The notes beneath the pieces are model-generated. The model was not told where the DNA came from, searched no databases, and saw only the letters and a list, made by a program, of their open reading frames with translations. The position numbers were made by a program, and so were the translations under genes. From a virus, in IMG/VR virus record IMGVR_UViG_3300027839_000007, positions 1 through 64,000 of that record: DNA of 64,000 nt. One strand, given 5' to 3'. This document shows, piece after piece, positions 1-10,167 of the stretch (position 1 is the first letter of the stretch; every line of letters starts with the position of its first letter).

Positions 1-1107
1 TTGCGAGCTATAGTGGAGAACGAATATGGGATCATCGACGCCCCACCGGCGTTCGGTAAATCTCACCTGATGGCGATGGTGGGCCTGCTTTTCCCGAAGG
101 CCAAGATTCATATCGTGACCAGGCGGAAGGATGTCGTTCAGCGTACCGTGCGGGCGTTGAGGCGGTTTCTTCCCAGCGTCGGGCAAGTCGGCGGCGGCAA
201 ACGGGAAGAGGCACGTGTTACCGTGTTCACGGCGGACTCGTTACACCACAGCAGCGGTGATTGTGACATCCTGCTGGCGGACGAGGTCCATGAGCTGATG
301 AGCCCGAAACACTCTGCAGCCATCTCTAAGATGTATACGCTGAGCAGAAATTACGGCCTGACAGCTACGCCCGAAGGCCGTGCAGACGGATCTGATGCCA
401 AGCTGGAATACCTGTTCGGACCGAAAATCTTTGAGATGTCGTGGGCTGAAGCTACTGAGCTTGGTCTTGTCGTTCCCATCCAAGTCATCTGGCTGCCGGT
501 TCAGGGTGCATCACCGTGCGCCGGAATGGAGGGAGTGCCTAAAAAGCGTCATGGGATATGGAGAAACGCGAATCGGAATGCGTTAATCGCCTCCGCCGTA
601 CGCTCCTACGCTGATGACGACCAAGTGCTGATATTGGTGGAAACCATAGAGCATGCGATCTATCTCTGGCAGGAGCTGCCGGAGTATGAGCTTTGCTACG
701 CCAGCATCGAAGCAGAAGATATCGAGCGCTACCAACGTAACGGAATGCTTCCAGAGGATTACGAGCCTGTCACCCCTGATCGACGAGAAGAGCTTCGAAT
801 GGGGTTCGAAGACAAGCTGTATAAGAAAGTGATTGCTACGGATGTGTGGTCGACTGGCGTGAGTTTTGAGCAGTTGGCTGTGCTGGTTAGGGCGGACGCC
901 CGGGGTAGTGAAATCCTTGATACCCAAGCGCCGGGACGTGTGGCGCGTATTCACGAGGAGTCAGGTAAGCAGAAAGGCATAGTAGTCGACTGCATGGATA
1001 ACTTTGATCGTACGCTCAAGAACAAGAGCCAGAAGCGTTATCGCAACTATGCCAAGAAGGGATGGGTGCAGATTAAGCTTTCGGCGCAGGAGGTAGCAGA
1101 TGTCTAA
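1..1107 (+). CDS. Superfamily 2 (DExH) helicase, probably 5'-truncated by window edge
   Basis: Motif I APPAFGKS, motif II DEVH, motif III TAT, motif VI QAPGRVAR. Confidence 0.85.
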   Translation: MRAIVENEYGIIDAPPAFGKSHLMAMVGLLFPKAKIHIVTRRKDVVQRTVRALRRFLPSVGQVGGGKREEARVTVFTADSLHHSSGDCDILLADEVHELMSPKHSAAISKMYTLSRNYGLTATPEGRADGSDAKLEYLFGPKIFEMSWAEATELGLVVPIQVIWLPVQGASPCAGMEGVPKKRHGIWRNANRNALIASAVRSYADDDQVLILVETIEHAIYLWQELPEYELCYASIEAEDIERYQRNGMLPEDYEPVTPDRREELRMGFEDKLYKKVIATDVWSTGVSFEQLAVLVRADARGSEILDTQAPGRVARIHEESGKQKGIVVDCMDNFDRTLKNKSQKRYRNYAKKGWVQIKLSAQEVADV

Positions 1108-1447
1108 CACCAATGTCTCATACATGTACAGAGATGCGGATAACTGGAAATCGTACGCCGAAGTAGTCGTCGAAGGAGACGTCAGCTTCGAAGATATCGC
1201 TGATTACCTGGATGATGAAGCCTACTTTTGTCCTGCTGATGTAAGCCTGGGTCATCCGGGGGCGGATCAAAGTAATTTCCCGCACCCTGCGGCGGACCAT
1301 TGTTGGTGTGAACTCGACGTCGAGGATTTTGAAGAGACTGAGGTCGCTCCAACTGAGGGGCTTACATCAGAGAACTTCATCGAGGCTTTCAGGGAAGCGA
1401 GTGAGCGTGGTTGGCCCAGCCAGTTCGGAGCGGAATCGTACGTGTAA
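1100..1447 (+). CDS. Hypothetical acidic protein
   Basis: 115-aa ORF, GGAGG RBS, overlaps upstream gene end. Confidence 0.6.
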   Translation: MSNTNVSYMYRDADNWKSYAEVVVEGDVSFEDIADYLDDEAYFCPADVSLGHPGADQSNFPHPAADHCWCELDVEDFEETEVAPTEGLTSENFIEAFREASERGWPSQFGAESYV

Positions 1448-1449
1448 CT

Positions 1450-2160
1450 ATGTCTGACATCGCAGCAGAACTGAACCAGCCCGAGGCGGAGTACCAGTCC
1501 GTAGCGCCGCCGGTCTCTAAGCTGGCTGCGTTGATACGCACCTTGTGGGTGCGCGAGTACCGTGCGTGGCAGTTTCAGACAAAGGGGATGCAATCCAATT
1601 ATGGTAACAGGCCTATTCCTAGTTGGGACGGCGGGGAAACTCCCAGCGGTCGCCGAGTTAAGAAGGCTATTTGGCCTAGCATCGCCAAGCACGTCGTTAG
1701 CGGTAAGATGAATCCCTACACTCTGATACCGCTGGTGTTCAGCACGTGGGAAGGTGGTAAGCCACCAATTCCTCCGTGGCTGATGAGTGATAACTTGGGG
1801 GCCAAGTACGCACAGCACACTGCTGAGCAGGCGCACCAGCTTCAAGTTGAGCTGAGCGTACAGCGGCAGCTCACCAAGCGCGAGGTGTTTCAGCTGCAGA
1901 ACGCTGAAGTGGATCCGTTGGATCTTTCGTCCGCGATGTACCGGACGTTGATAAGCACCCAGATGGCACTTACCCCGATGTTCCGGGTGTGCGCTGCTGC
2001 TCAGGTGGATTACCCCGAATGGACTACGCATTTTGAAGATGCGGCAACGTGGCAGTATCTGTTTGACAGGGACGCCTACGACACGGCATGGCAGGATTTC
2101 ATTCCTGTCGTCGTCAAGAATATAGCTGACAATCTTGATGCGGCGCTGCGCGCGTCGTGA
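1450..2160 (+). CDS. Hypothetical protein in replication operon
   Basis: ATG at 1450 just after previous stop; directly precedes DnaB-like gene. Confidence 0.6.
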   Translation: MSDIAAELNQPEAEYQSVAPPVSKLAALIRTLWVREYRAWQFQTKGMQSNYGNRPIPSWDGGETPSGRRVKKAIWPSIAKHVVSGKMNPYTLIPLVFSTWEGGKPPIPPWLMSDNLGAKYAQHTAEQAHQLQVELSVQRQLTKREVFQLQNAEVDPLDLSSAMYRTLISTQMALTPMFRVCAAAQVDYPEWTTHFEDAATWQYLFDRDAYDTAWQDFIPVVVKNIADNLDAALRAS

Positions 2161-2181
2161 TGCTACAAAACGGAGTTTGAA

Positions 2182-3855
2182 ATGGACAAGCAAAGACTGG
2201 ACCCAGGCTACGTGCAGGGTCGCGTTAATCCACGGATGCTGGAATCATTGATGGTGCGGATCTTGACGAATCCAATCCTTTTTCAGGAGGCGGCCAAGCT
2301 GCTCAAGCCAGAACACTTCAGTACCCAGGAGCTAGGGTTCGCGGCGATCTGGCGCGCAGCAATTATGCTCCATGAACGTGGTGGTGAATTGTCGTATACA
2401 TCCATGGTCGATGTGGTCGATAAGTTGATCAACGACGATCCCGAAGGCCTGTCCGGTGAAGAGTACGAAAACATCATGCGCGAGGATCCCAGCGACCCTG
2501 GCATGTTGTACTGGACGTTCGAGCGGGTGGTCCCTGGTAAGCTTGATCTGGACACCGGACGACAGCTGCTGCGCCAGTTTATGGAAGAGCGTACGGTGGC
2601 GGATGAGTTACGAAAGATATTCACACACATCAGTGGTACTCCATCAAACTTGATGGGGTTGCTTCAGCCAATTTCCGATCAGCTGAATAAGATCGGCAGT
2701 GTGTCACATAACCCAGTCAAAGCCGGTATACCGGACGACTGGACACCAAAACCAACGCGATCGTTTACCACGGGGCTCGAATTCCTGGATCGGTACATGG
2801 ATGGGGGTCACGCGCCGGGAGAAGTGAATGGTGTGATTGCTCCGCTAGGCAGCGGTAAAACCACGTTAGCTATACATCTCTGCGTCGAGGCAATGAAGAG
2901 TGAGATGATGATAGCGGCAGAAGAGGGGAGATCACCCCGGCAGGTTTATTTGGTCAGCTATGAGCAGACTGAGGAGTATATCCGCCAGCGTATGCTTTCT
3001 TGCGCGGCGAGTATTGCTCTCGACACTGTCAAGAACATGACTGATCCGGAAACCGACCTGAGTCGACGTGGTGACTACAAGCCGTACGAAGAAGAACGAT
3101 TTGCGAATCGTACGAGAGAAGAACGTATGGCGGACCCGGAGCCCAAGGGCGAGTACGAGCGATACGTGGACGCACGCCCTATGCTCAATAAGTGCATGCG
3201 TATTGTGGACTTTTGTCAGCAAGGCGGGCAACCTGGTGATATCGGCTCTGGATTCGTGGAAGAGATTGTGGCAGCGGTGGCCCGTGACGGTCGAGAGACA
3301 GATTCAAGACCGGCGTTAGTCGTCGTGGATTACGTGTATGCCGCGTGCATGCGGCGCATCGGGGACAGCCTCGGTGATGTTACTAACCTGCGGCACCTGG
3401 TCACCATGTTTCCCGATGAGATCAAGCGTAAGATCGCCGAGAAGTACGATATTCCGGTATGGGTTATGCATCAGTTCTCTGGCGAGGCTAACGAGAAGTC
3501 CCCCGCTAAGCTGTTACATCATTCGCAAGCTAGTGAGTCCAAGTCGTTCGCGATGTACTTATCGTTCTGTGTGTGCTTTGGAAATCGTGACCCGGTAAAT
3601 CACTGTCTGCGGATGCAGGTCACCAAGCGGCGGCGAGCGGGTGACCCGCAGCCACCTATGCTGCTCAGGATAGCTGGTGACATGGTGAAAATTGTGTCGG
3701 CAGAGGCTACACACAGAGTGGATAAGCAGACTGGTTCCATTCTGGCAAAGGAAGTTGCGGATCGTTTTCAGGGCACTACCGACGCCCCCGCACAAGGTCA
3801 GGTACGGAGTTATCGTCAGTACTCAACAGATGGAACGGACTTTCATGGGATTTGA
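2182..3855 (+). CDS. DnaB-like replicative helicase
   Basis: Walker A APLGSGKT, SYEQ, Walker B VVVDY, MHQ motif; DnaB-like N-terminus; followed by primase. Confidence 0.85.
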   Translation: MDKQRLDPGYVQGRVNPRMLESLMVRILTNPILFQEAAKLLKPEHFSTQELGFAAIWRAAIMLHERGGELSYTSMVDVVDKLINDDPEGLSGEEYENIMREDPSDPGMLYWTFERVVPGKLDLDTGRQLLRQFMEERTVADELRKIFTHISGTPSNLMGLLQPISDQLNKIGSVSHNPVKAGIPDDWTPKPTRSFTTGLEFLDRYMDGGHAPGEVNGVIAPLGSGKTTLAIHLCVEAMKSEMMIAAEEGRSPRQVYLVSYEQTEEYIRQRMLSCAASIALDTVKNMTDPETDLSRRGDYKPYEEERFANRTREERMADPEPKGEYERYVDARPMLNKCMRIVDFCQQGGQPGDIGSGFVEEIVAAVARDGRETDSRPALVVVDYVYAACMRRIGDSLGDVTNLRHLVTMFPDEIKRKIAEKYDIPVWVMHQFSGEANEKSPAKLLHHSQASESKSFAMYLSFCVCFGNRDPVNHCLRMQVTKRRRAGDPQPPMLLRIAGDMVKIVSAEATHRVDKQTGSILAKEVADRFQGTTDAPAQGQVRSYRQYSTDGTDFHGI

Positions 3856-5006
3856 TGATGGACAGCACGGTGAAGCCGTTAAACCCAACTCTCTACGAGA
3901 GGTTAACGCGAGAGTTCGGGTTGGTAATGGTTGCCAATCAGGGAGAGGCCTACATTCCCTCGTTGCGCTCCATGAGCATTCGAGAAGGAGAGCGTAACGC
4001 ACCAGCCGTAGCTTACGGTGAGTACTACCGCGTGTGTTGCCCCTTCTGCAATGACGCGCGGCATCGTCTTTGGGTGAATCATCGATTCGGCGTATACGAT
4101 GAGGTCCAACGGAGTAAGAATCTGCATCTCGCCATTTGTTACAACGAGGGCTGCATCAGTTCCGCTGCGCGCAGGCACCAGTTCGAGAACATGGTGTATC
4201 GCGGAATCAACTGGAGACGTCGGCGGGATACCATGGTGCACGCCGGTGGCGAAGAGGTGCCCATTTCGCTGTCTGCAGTAGACCCTCCCGGGTCAGTGAT
4301 ACGTCTGCGTGATCTGCCGAGCCAGCACGCCGCGATCCTTTATCTGGAGGAGCGTGGTTACGACATCAACGAGCTGGATAGCGTTTTCAATATCTCGTAC
4401 TGCGAGGTGGCGCGGCCTGAATACCCCACCGCTACCAACCGGATAGTGGCGCCGGTGCATCTGCACGGCGAGCTGGTAGGCTGGCAGTGTAGGTACATCG
4501 GGGATGCCAACTGGAACTACACCGGCATACCCAAGTACTACACGCGACCAAAGATGCCCAAGCGACGGATTCTGTACAACTACGATGTTGCGTCACGGCA
4601 TTACCCCGTTGTGCTGGTCGAGGGTGCTACAGACGTATGGTCAGTTGGTCCGCAGGCCGTGGCTGTTTTTGGGAAGAGTTTGCATGAGATGCAAGCCCGG
4701 TTGATGGCGGAAACCTGGTCGGGTGGTGTCGCCGTGATCATGTTCGATGGCGATGCATCTAAAGAGATTGATGCCGTTACCGCGCGGTTATTGCCCGTCA
4801 TGTCTGGTGGTGTCGTGCCGGTACAACTTCCGGCGGGTAAAGACCCCGCAGATTTTGACCGAGATACCCTTTGGGAAATTATTCACAACTCAGCGCGCGA
4901 GCGTGGAGTACAACTTCGAGTAGAGGCAAATGCAACCGACGTTTCCCATGTTGGACGCGGAGTTTCGGCAACTGCTGTTGGCCGACGACGTCGACGGGCT
5001 TTTTGA
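3852..5006 (+). CDS. DNA primase (Zn-finger + TOPRIM)
   Basis: CPFC zinc-binding motif, VEGATD and FDGD TOPRIM motifs, KDP motif. Confidence 0.85.
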   Translation: MMMDSTVKPLNPTLYERLTREFGLVMVANQGEAYIPSLRSMSIREGERNAPAVAYGEYYRVCCPFCNDARHRLWVNHRFGVYDEVQRSKNLHLAICYNEGCISSAARRHQFENMVYRGINWRRRRDTMVHAGGEEVPISLSAVDPPGSVIRLRDLPSQHAAILYLEERGYDINELDSVFNISYCEVARPEYPTATNRIVAPVHLHGELVGWQCRYIGDANWNYTGIPKYYTRPKMPKRRILYNYDVASRHYPVVLVEGATDVWSVGPQAVAVFGKSLHEMQARLMAETWSGGVAVIMFDGDASKEIDAVTARLLPVMSGGVVPVQLPAGKDPADFDRDTLWEIIHNSARERGVQLRVEANATDVSHVGRGVSATAVGRRRRRAF

Positions 5007-8000
5007 CGAATACCCATTGTACGCGTTAAACAGCCCTGGGATGCCGCTCCCTGGTCCTGACTTTATTGCTGCATCGCAGAGTCTCGGAGATCCCGAGCCT
5101 GCGTACACAAAAGGACGGGTCAGTGAACGTAGTATCACGAACCCGGGCAAATACCTGAAATACCTGTACTGGCGGGCGCTGTATGACAGTCAGTTCGCGC
5201 TGACGGTGTCGCACAAGGGTCAGCAGCACGTTGTTGATTTTGTAGTGGGGCATCCATGGGGGCAGGAGGCGAGCGGGCCGGTGGCGCTCTCAGAGCACTA
5301 CCCGAAGGTGATGGTTATCGGTAAGCAGCCGAGCGTTAATGCAATCAGCTGGCCCACGGGCAGGCGTAACTTCGTTGGCCCCATCAGTGAGCCGCTCTAC
5401 AAGGCTGTTGGTGAAGCAGGAATACCTGAATCAGAAGCTTCCGAGTGGTACATGACTAACGTGGTACGCCATGTCAGTCCGCGGGCCAGCAGCGGGGCAC
5501 TGCCTGCTGCGTGGGTTAAAAACTGTGAGATCATTCTGCAGCAGGAGCTGCGACTGACACGTCCAGATTACATCCTGTGTCTTGGCAGCGAAGCGAGTAA
5601 GTGCCTGCTTGGGCGCGGGTACGGCGTCGAGGCCATGAAGGGGCGGGTGATGGACTATGAGTTCCCAACCCACGAGCTGGGCGCAACACCGGAACACCAC
5701 ACTGCGCGTGTCATGACCGCGGTACACCCTGCTGCCGTGCATCACACTCCTGAAAGGTACGATGAACTGCTGGGCACGATCAGGCAATTTTACTCACTGG
5801 CGCACGGGCAGCCGATTGGTTTCGCCGAAGATGATATCGAGCATCACGTTGTGTACAAGGAGCGCGAGCTAGCTCGTCTCGTGGATGAAGCGTTAGCTGA
5901 CCCGAGTGGTGACGTGATCGCGGTCGATGCCGAGTGGCATGGTGATTACCCGTGGGAGCCCAACTCCTACTTGCGTACCGTTCAGTGGTCACACCGGTCA
6001 AAGTTTGCCGTGTGTGTCGTGCTGAATCATGCAGGCGGGGAATCAGCCTTTGTGCCGTCAATTGATGCCGCGGCACGTCAGCTCAGCCGCTTGTTTGCTC
6101 GACCTGGCGTGAAGGTCGGTGGTCATTTCTTCAGGTCGGATCTCCCATGGCTCAGACACAAGCTGGGGCTGGATCTACGTGAGCAATATGCTGATGGCTT
6201 TGACACATCGTTGATGTGCCACGCACTACACGAGACAACCAGGTTCAAACTGGAAGAGCAGGCTGTTCGACGTACTGGGTGTCCTCGGTACGACACGGAG
6301 CTGGAGCAGTGGAAGACTGATTACTGTAAACAGAATGGGATAACCGCCAAGGACATGGAGGGATACGGTGAGTGTCCTGCAGAGGTTTTGCATCCGTACG
6401 CTAACTACGACGCAGACGTCACCAGGCGCCTGTACTCCGTCTTCGACGAGGAGCTGAACTCTGATGAGTTCGGTAATGACTGCAGAGATGCTTATGCCAC
6501 TAGTCACAAGGCATCGCTGGCTTTCCTTGAGATGGAGCAAAGTGGGCTGCTCGTAGACATGGAACGGGCAGAGCACTTGATCAGGTTGTTCAGTGAAGCA
6601 AAATCTCGTGAAGTGGAGTCGTTGCGGGCAGAGCTTGGGTGGGCTGAGTTCAATCCTGCGTCATCGCATCATTGTCGCGCTGTCCTGTTCGGAGATCGGC
6701 ACGCGTTCAAGATGTTACCCGACGGCACGCAGCAGTTGATGCGCCCTGACGGCGTTGTGACGCTCAATCTGCAGCCCATCACTAGCACGGGCGCACGTCC
6801 ACAGAGCTGGGACGACATTTGTACCCGGAACGAGGAGCACCTGCACACCCCATCAACCAACCGTGAGACCTTGGGTATCCTGGGCCAGCAGCATCCGATT
6901 GCTGCGCAGATCCGGGACATTCGGTTCTTGGACCAGGTATTGAAAACCACCTTGCGACATTCCGTGGTGGACGAGCAAGGTTTGCCCGAGCTCGACGATG
7001 ATGGGGACAAGATTTACAAGCAGGGTCTTCTGTCCCACGTCAGCAGCGACGGGCGTATCCACACGCACCTGATGCAGATCTTGGAGACTGGGCGAGCGTC
7101 TTCGGCACGCCCCAATCTTCAGAACATAAGCAAACGGCGTGAAGACGATTACCGCCGCATCATAGGTGAGCGGTACGAGTATCCAATCCGGAGTATCTTT
7201 GCGGCCAGTCCTGGTCACTTGCTGGTGGAGGCTGATTATACGGGAGCCGAACTGGCTGCGATCATGTGGTTGGCTGATGACCCCACTGGCATCGAACATG
7301 TACGCAGGAACATGCTTCCTGAGGTCCATGACGACCACTATGACATCCATTCCCAGGCAGCAGTCCGTGCGTTTCGCCTGGACTGCCTGCCAACCAAGAG
7401 CGGACTCAAGGATGCTGGGGTTTCCGGTATGCGGGTTGCGGCGAAGAACGTGAACTTCGGGATACCATACGGACGTGGCGCAGCTGCAATCGCGCGGCAG
7501 TGTCGTGAAGAGGGCGTGGATATCGTCGAATCTGAAGCGCAGCTACTGATCAACAATTACTTTGAGACATATCCCGGCGTCGAAGGATTCTTATCCAAAT
7601 GCCGCGAGCGTGCCACGGATCAGAGGTGGTTGCGTAATGCCTTTGGGCGGTACAGGCGCTTCTATGAGATTTCTCCGGATCTCCGTTCCAAGGTCGGCGA
7701 GGCAGAACGGCAGGCGCAGAACTTCCCGATTCAGTCCCTTGTGGCTGACGCAATGAGTCTTGCGCTGCACAATCTCTACGAGTATCGCAAGCACCATGAT
7801 GTTGATTACCGGATCGTGTTGCAGATTCATGATGCCGTCCTTCTTGAAGTGCCGTATCGGCACATGCAGGAAGTGTGTGAAGTCGTATTGCCCAAGTGCA
7901 TGACCGAAGATGTCCCGGTATATCCGAATGACATCGATGGCACGCTTTGGCAGGAAGGGCAACCAGGTCCGTACTACCTATCCACTGATGTAGATGTATG

Positions 8001-8064
8001 TCGTTACTGGGGTCAGACCCTGAGTCCGGCCGAGGTGGCGCAGTTCATAGAGGAGGAAGAGTGA
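4930..8064 (+). CDS. polA: Family A DNA polymerase with N-terminal uracil-DNA-glycosylase-like domain and 3'-5' exonuclease
   Basis: UDG family-4-like motifs (IGKQP, FVGP, TNVV, LCLG, HPAA); exo DAE...YANYD; TGRASSARPNLQNI; motif A DYTGAE, motif B RVAAKNVNFGIPYG, motif C QIHD. Confidence 0.92.
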   Translation: MQPTFPMLDAEFRQLLLADDVDGLFDEYPLYALNSPGMPLPGPDFIAASQSLGDPEPAYTKGRVSERSITNPGKYLKYLYWRALYDSQFALTVSHKGQQHVVDFVVGHPWGQEASGPVALSEHYPKVMVIGKQPSVNAISWPTGRRNFVGPISEPLYKAVGEAGIPESEASEWYMTNVVRHVSPRASSGALPAAWVKNCEIILQQELRLTRPDYILCLGSEASKCLLGRGYGVEAMKGRVMDYEFPTHELGATPEHHTARVMTAVHPAAVHHTPERYDELLGTIRQFYSLAHGQPIGFAEDDIEHHVVYKERELARLVDEALADPSGDVIAVDAEWHGDYPWEPNSYLRTVQWSHRSKFAVCVVLNHAGGESAFVPSIDAAARQLSRLFARPGVKVGGHFFRSDLPWLRHKLGLDLREQYADGFDTSLMCHALHETTRFKLEEQAVRRTGCPRYDTELEQWKTDYCKQNGITAKDMEGYGECPAEVLHPYANYDADVTRRLYSVFDEELNSDEFGNDCRDAYATSHKASLAFLEMEQSGLLVDMERAEHLIRLFSEAKSREVESLRAELGWAEFNPASSHHCRAVLFGDRHAFKMLPDGTQQLMRPDGVVTLNLQPITSTGARPQSWDDICTRNEEHLHTPSTNRETLGILGQQHPIAAQIRDIRFLDQVLKTTLRHSVVDEQGLPELDDDGDKIYKQGLLSHVSSDGRIHTHLMQILETGRASSARPNLQNISKRREDDYRRIIGERYEYPIRSIFAASPGHLLVEADYTGAELAAIMWLADDPTGIEHVRRNMLPEVHDDHYDIHSQAAVRAFRLDCLPTKSGLKDAGVSGMRVAAKNVNFGIPYGRGAAAIARQCREEGVDIVESEAQLLINNYFETYPGVEGFLSKCRERATDQRWLRNAFGRYRRFYEISPDLRSKVGEAERQAQNFPIQSLVADAMSLALHNLYEYRKHHDVDYRIVLQIHDAVLLEVPYRHMQEVCEVVLPKCMTEDVPVYPNDIDGTLWQEGQPGPYYLSTDVDVCRYWGQTLSPAEVAQFIEEEE

Positions 8065-8252
8065 TGGCTACTAGCAAAGCTCCATCACTGCCGGAGGATC
8101 CAACCCGCGACGACCGGATATTGCTCTATGGAGAGCGCGCAGACGGCAACTGCGACATATTCACCGGTGAGCCGCGTGATGTGCCTGATAACGCTGAGGA
8201 CCGTATGCGCAAGGCGCATCAACTCAGAAAGGTGAAGAGAAAAGCATCTTGA
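8064..8252 (+). CDS. Small hypothetical protein
   Basis: ATG overlapping polA stop (TGATG), GAGGAGG upstream. Confidence 0.5.
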   Translation: MATSKAPSLPEDPTRDDRILLYGERADGNCDIFTGEPRDVPDNAEDRMRKAHQLRKVKRKAS

Positions 8253-8270
8253 TTTGTTTGCACTGTGTTG

Positions 8271-8299
8271 TTGAATTCAGCTCATACCTGAACTATAAT
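8271..8299 (+). promoter_or_regulatory. Sigma70-type promoter
   Basis: TTGAAT (8271-8276), 17-bp spacer, TATAAT (8294-8299) in intergenic gap. Confidence 0.75.
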
Positions 8300-8360
8300 G
8301 GGTTCTTCAGCAATGTAAGCAAGAAATCGTTTTTTCGGAAAATTGAAAAAGGAAGCGACC

Positions 8361-9719
8361 ATGACGCACGCGGCACGACCATCTACTGGAGGCGGGGCCT
8401 TCAAGTTCAAACAGCATGGAAAGAGTAAAAAGCAGGGACGACAGGGCGATTACGTTTTCAATCCCCGCTACCGCAATTCAGTGGAAGGGTGGGTTCCCAG
8501 CTGGAATCACACCACAACGGTATTCAGACCGTATCCCGTTGTGGCCCAGGAAGATGAGGGGCAGCTAACGGAATACCGTTACTCGTCAGCCCCTGATGAT
8601 TTTGGGGACTGGATTCGCGGGTATCCGGCAGTACGCAACTTCGGCAGCAAGGGTTTGACCTATTTGCTGTACGACCCTCGTGACGAGACCTATGACCCGG
8701 CAACCAATCCGGCATGGGTGTTGTTCCGTGCAATCAAGGGCGCACGTGATGCTGGTCAGGCTGACGCATCATGGGCTCCGCTTCTTGAGGGGGGATCCGG
8801 ACGTGGTGCAGAATTGCGTGCTCCGTCTGATCTGTACCTCATGCAGGGTGCCTTGCTGGAGCATCGTGGGAAGACCTACAGTCCTCCGCGCGGGGGAGCT
8901 CAGAATGACGATCTCGTCGTGCTTGAGATGGGGCCATCGTGCTACGACAGGTTGTCCACCCTGCTGAATACCAGGGTAGATGGGGCTACTGACGACGGCA
9001 CTTGGGATGAGATGTTCACCCATGGTGACCCGACCTCGCTTGAAGAGGGAAAGGGTAAGTTCATCAGCTTCTACCAAGCTGGCGGCGCTGCCGATCCTTC
9101 GATGCAGTCTCAGAGTGGTTCTTTCGGTGAAAGTCGTACCACCGGTGAGCGTGAAAACCGTATCTTTGGATTTGGTTGCACTATCTATGACGCATGGAAC
9201 AGCGTCCCTGCTGACCTGTCCGGAGTAGCTGACATGGTCCGTGGCAAGGTCATGGCCTGGGATGAGTTGATCAACATCATGCCTGATGAAGATCAGGCTG
9301 CGTTGCTCTGCGACTCGTTTGCGCCGGATGTCATCGAATACGGTTTTCGTGATTTCCCGGAATGGATCACAGATCGTGTTCGGGCCAAGCTGGCAGCTTC
9401 TGTTAGTTTCACGCAGTCGGGTACCACTTACCAGCAGCCTACGTCGGATTCCGTTGCAGCAGCCTCAACCGCTGATGAGGCGTTTGGTGCGCCAGCCGCT
9501 GCCGCTCCGGCTACTACTGACGCTAGCACGGAAACTACTGCTGGTGGGTTTGGCTCTGTGCGCGGTGCCACCGGTGCGGCCACCGGTTTGGCCGCCGAGA
9601 CGCAGGATCCAATTGTACCCACGGGAAGCATCCCAGAGGACGCCGCGATTCGGCCGGGGCGTTCTCAGGCGGTGATGGATGCCGCTAGGGAAGCAGTGCG
9701 CGAACAGCAGTCCGAGTAA
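8361..9719 (+). CDS. Putative single-stranded DNA-binding protein
   Basis: Between polA and recA-like gene, own promoter and terminator, acidic/Ala-rich flexible C-terminus; function inferred from context. Confidence 0.45.
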   Translation: MTHAARPSTGGGAFKFKQHGKSKKQGRQGDYVFNPRYRNSVEGWVPSWNHTTTVFRPYPVVAQEDEGQLTEYRYSSAPDDFGDWIRGYPAVRNFGSKGLTYLLYDPRDETYDPATNPAWVLFRAIKGARDAGQADASWAPLLEGGSGRGAELRAPSDLYLMQGALLEHRGKTYSPPRGGAQNDDLVVLEMGPSCYDRLSTLLNTRVDGATDDGTWDEMFTHGDPTSLEEGKGKFISFYQAGGAADPSMQSQSGSFGESRTTGERENRIFGFGCTIYDAWNSVPADLSGVADMVRGKVMAWDELINIMPDEDQAALLCDSFAPDVIEYGFRDFPEWITDRVRAKLAASVSFTQSGTTYQQPTSDSVAAASTADEAFGAPAAAAPATTDASTETTAGGFGSVRGATGAATGLAAETQDPIVPTGSIPEDAAIRPGRSQAVMDAAREAVREQQSE

Positions 9720-9779
9720 CTATTTTGCTCGGGCCGCGGGGATGACGTGAGCCTCCAACACTGAATCCCAGCGCAATCC

Positions 9780-9826
9780 GATACGAGTACCGCACGGATC
9801 GCGGTACTCGTATCATTTCTTTTTTC
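9780..9826 (+). terminator. Rho-independent terminator
   Basis: Perfect 14-bp stem GATACGAGTACCGC/GCGGTACTCGTATC, 7-nt loop, then ATTTCTTTTTTC. Confidence 0.8.
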
Positions 9827-9847
9827 ACAGCGTATCATGGGCGCGTC

Positions 9848-9863
9848 CTATTGGCGCCAATAG
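9848..9863. promoter_or_regulatory. Palindromic site CTATTGGCGCCAATAG (copy 1 of 4)
   Basis: Perfect 16-bp palindrome, intergenic, 15 nt upstream of ATG 9879. Confidence 0.7.
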
Positions 9864-9878
9864 AGATAGGAGAACCAG

Positions 9879-10160
9879 ATGGCGACGATAACACTAGAGA
9901 TTGAAGTTCCCGATGAGCAGGTTGATCGTGTTTACACCGCGTTTTGCCACTGCCACGGATGGGAAGCCACCATTATGGAGGTCGACGAGGCGACGGGCGA
10001 AGAGTCTGAGGTTCCCAATCCGCAGCCGCAGACGGAGCATTTTAGGGAAACCATAGTGAAGATCCTCCGTGCCGCCGTCATTGACCACGAAGTTCGAGAA
10101 GCCGTGAATGACGCACGGATCACAGCCATGGCCGAGGCGCAGAACGTTGACATTAACTGA
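9879..10160 (+). CDS. Hypothetical protein
   Basis: 93-aa ORF with AGGAG RBS. Confidence 0.6.
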   Translation: MATITLEIEVPDEQVDRVYTAFCHCHGWEATIMEVDEATGEESEVPNPQPQTEHFRETIVKILRAAVIDHEVREAVNDARITAMAEAQNVDIN

Positions 10161-10167
10161 GGATATC

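Noticed and set aside
9848-9863. 16-bp palindrome as target of the 8+8 spacers
   Set aside because: No spacer equals CTATTGGC or GCCAATAG; only the length coincides.
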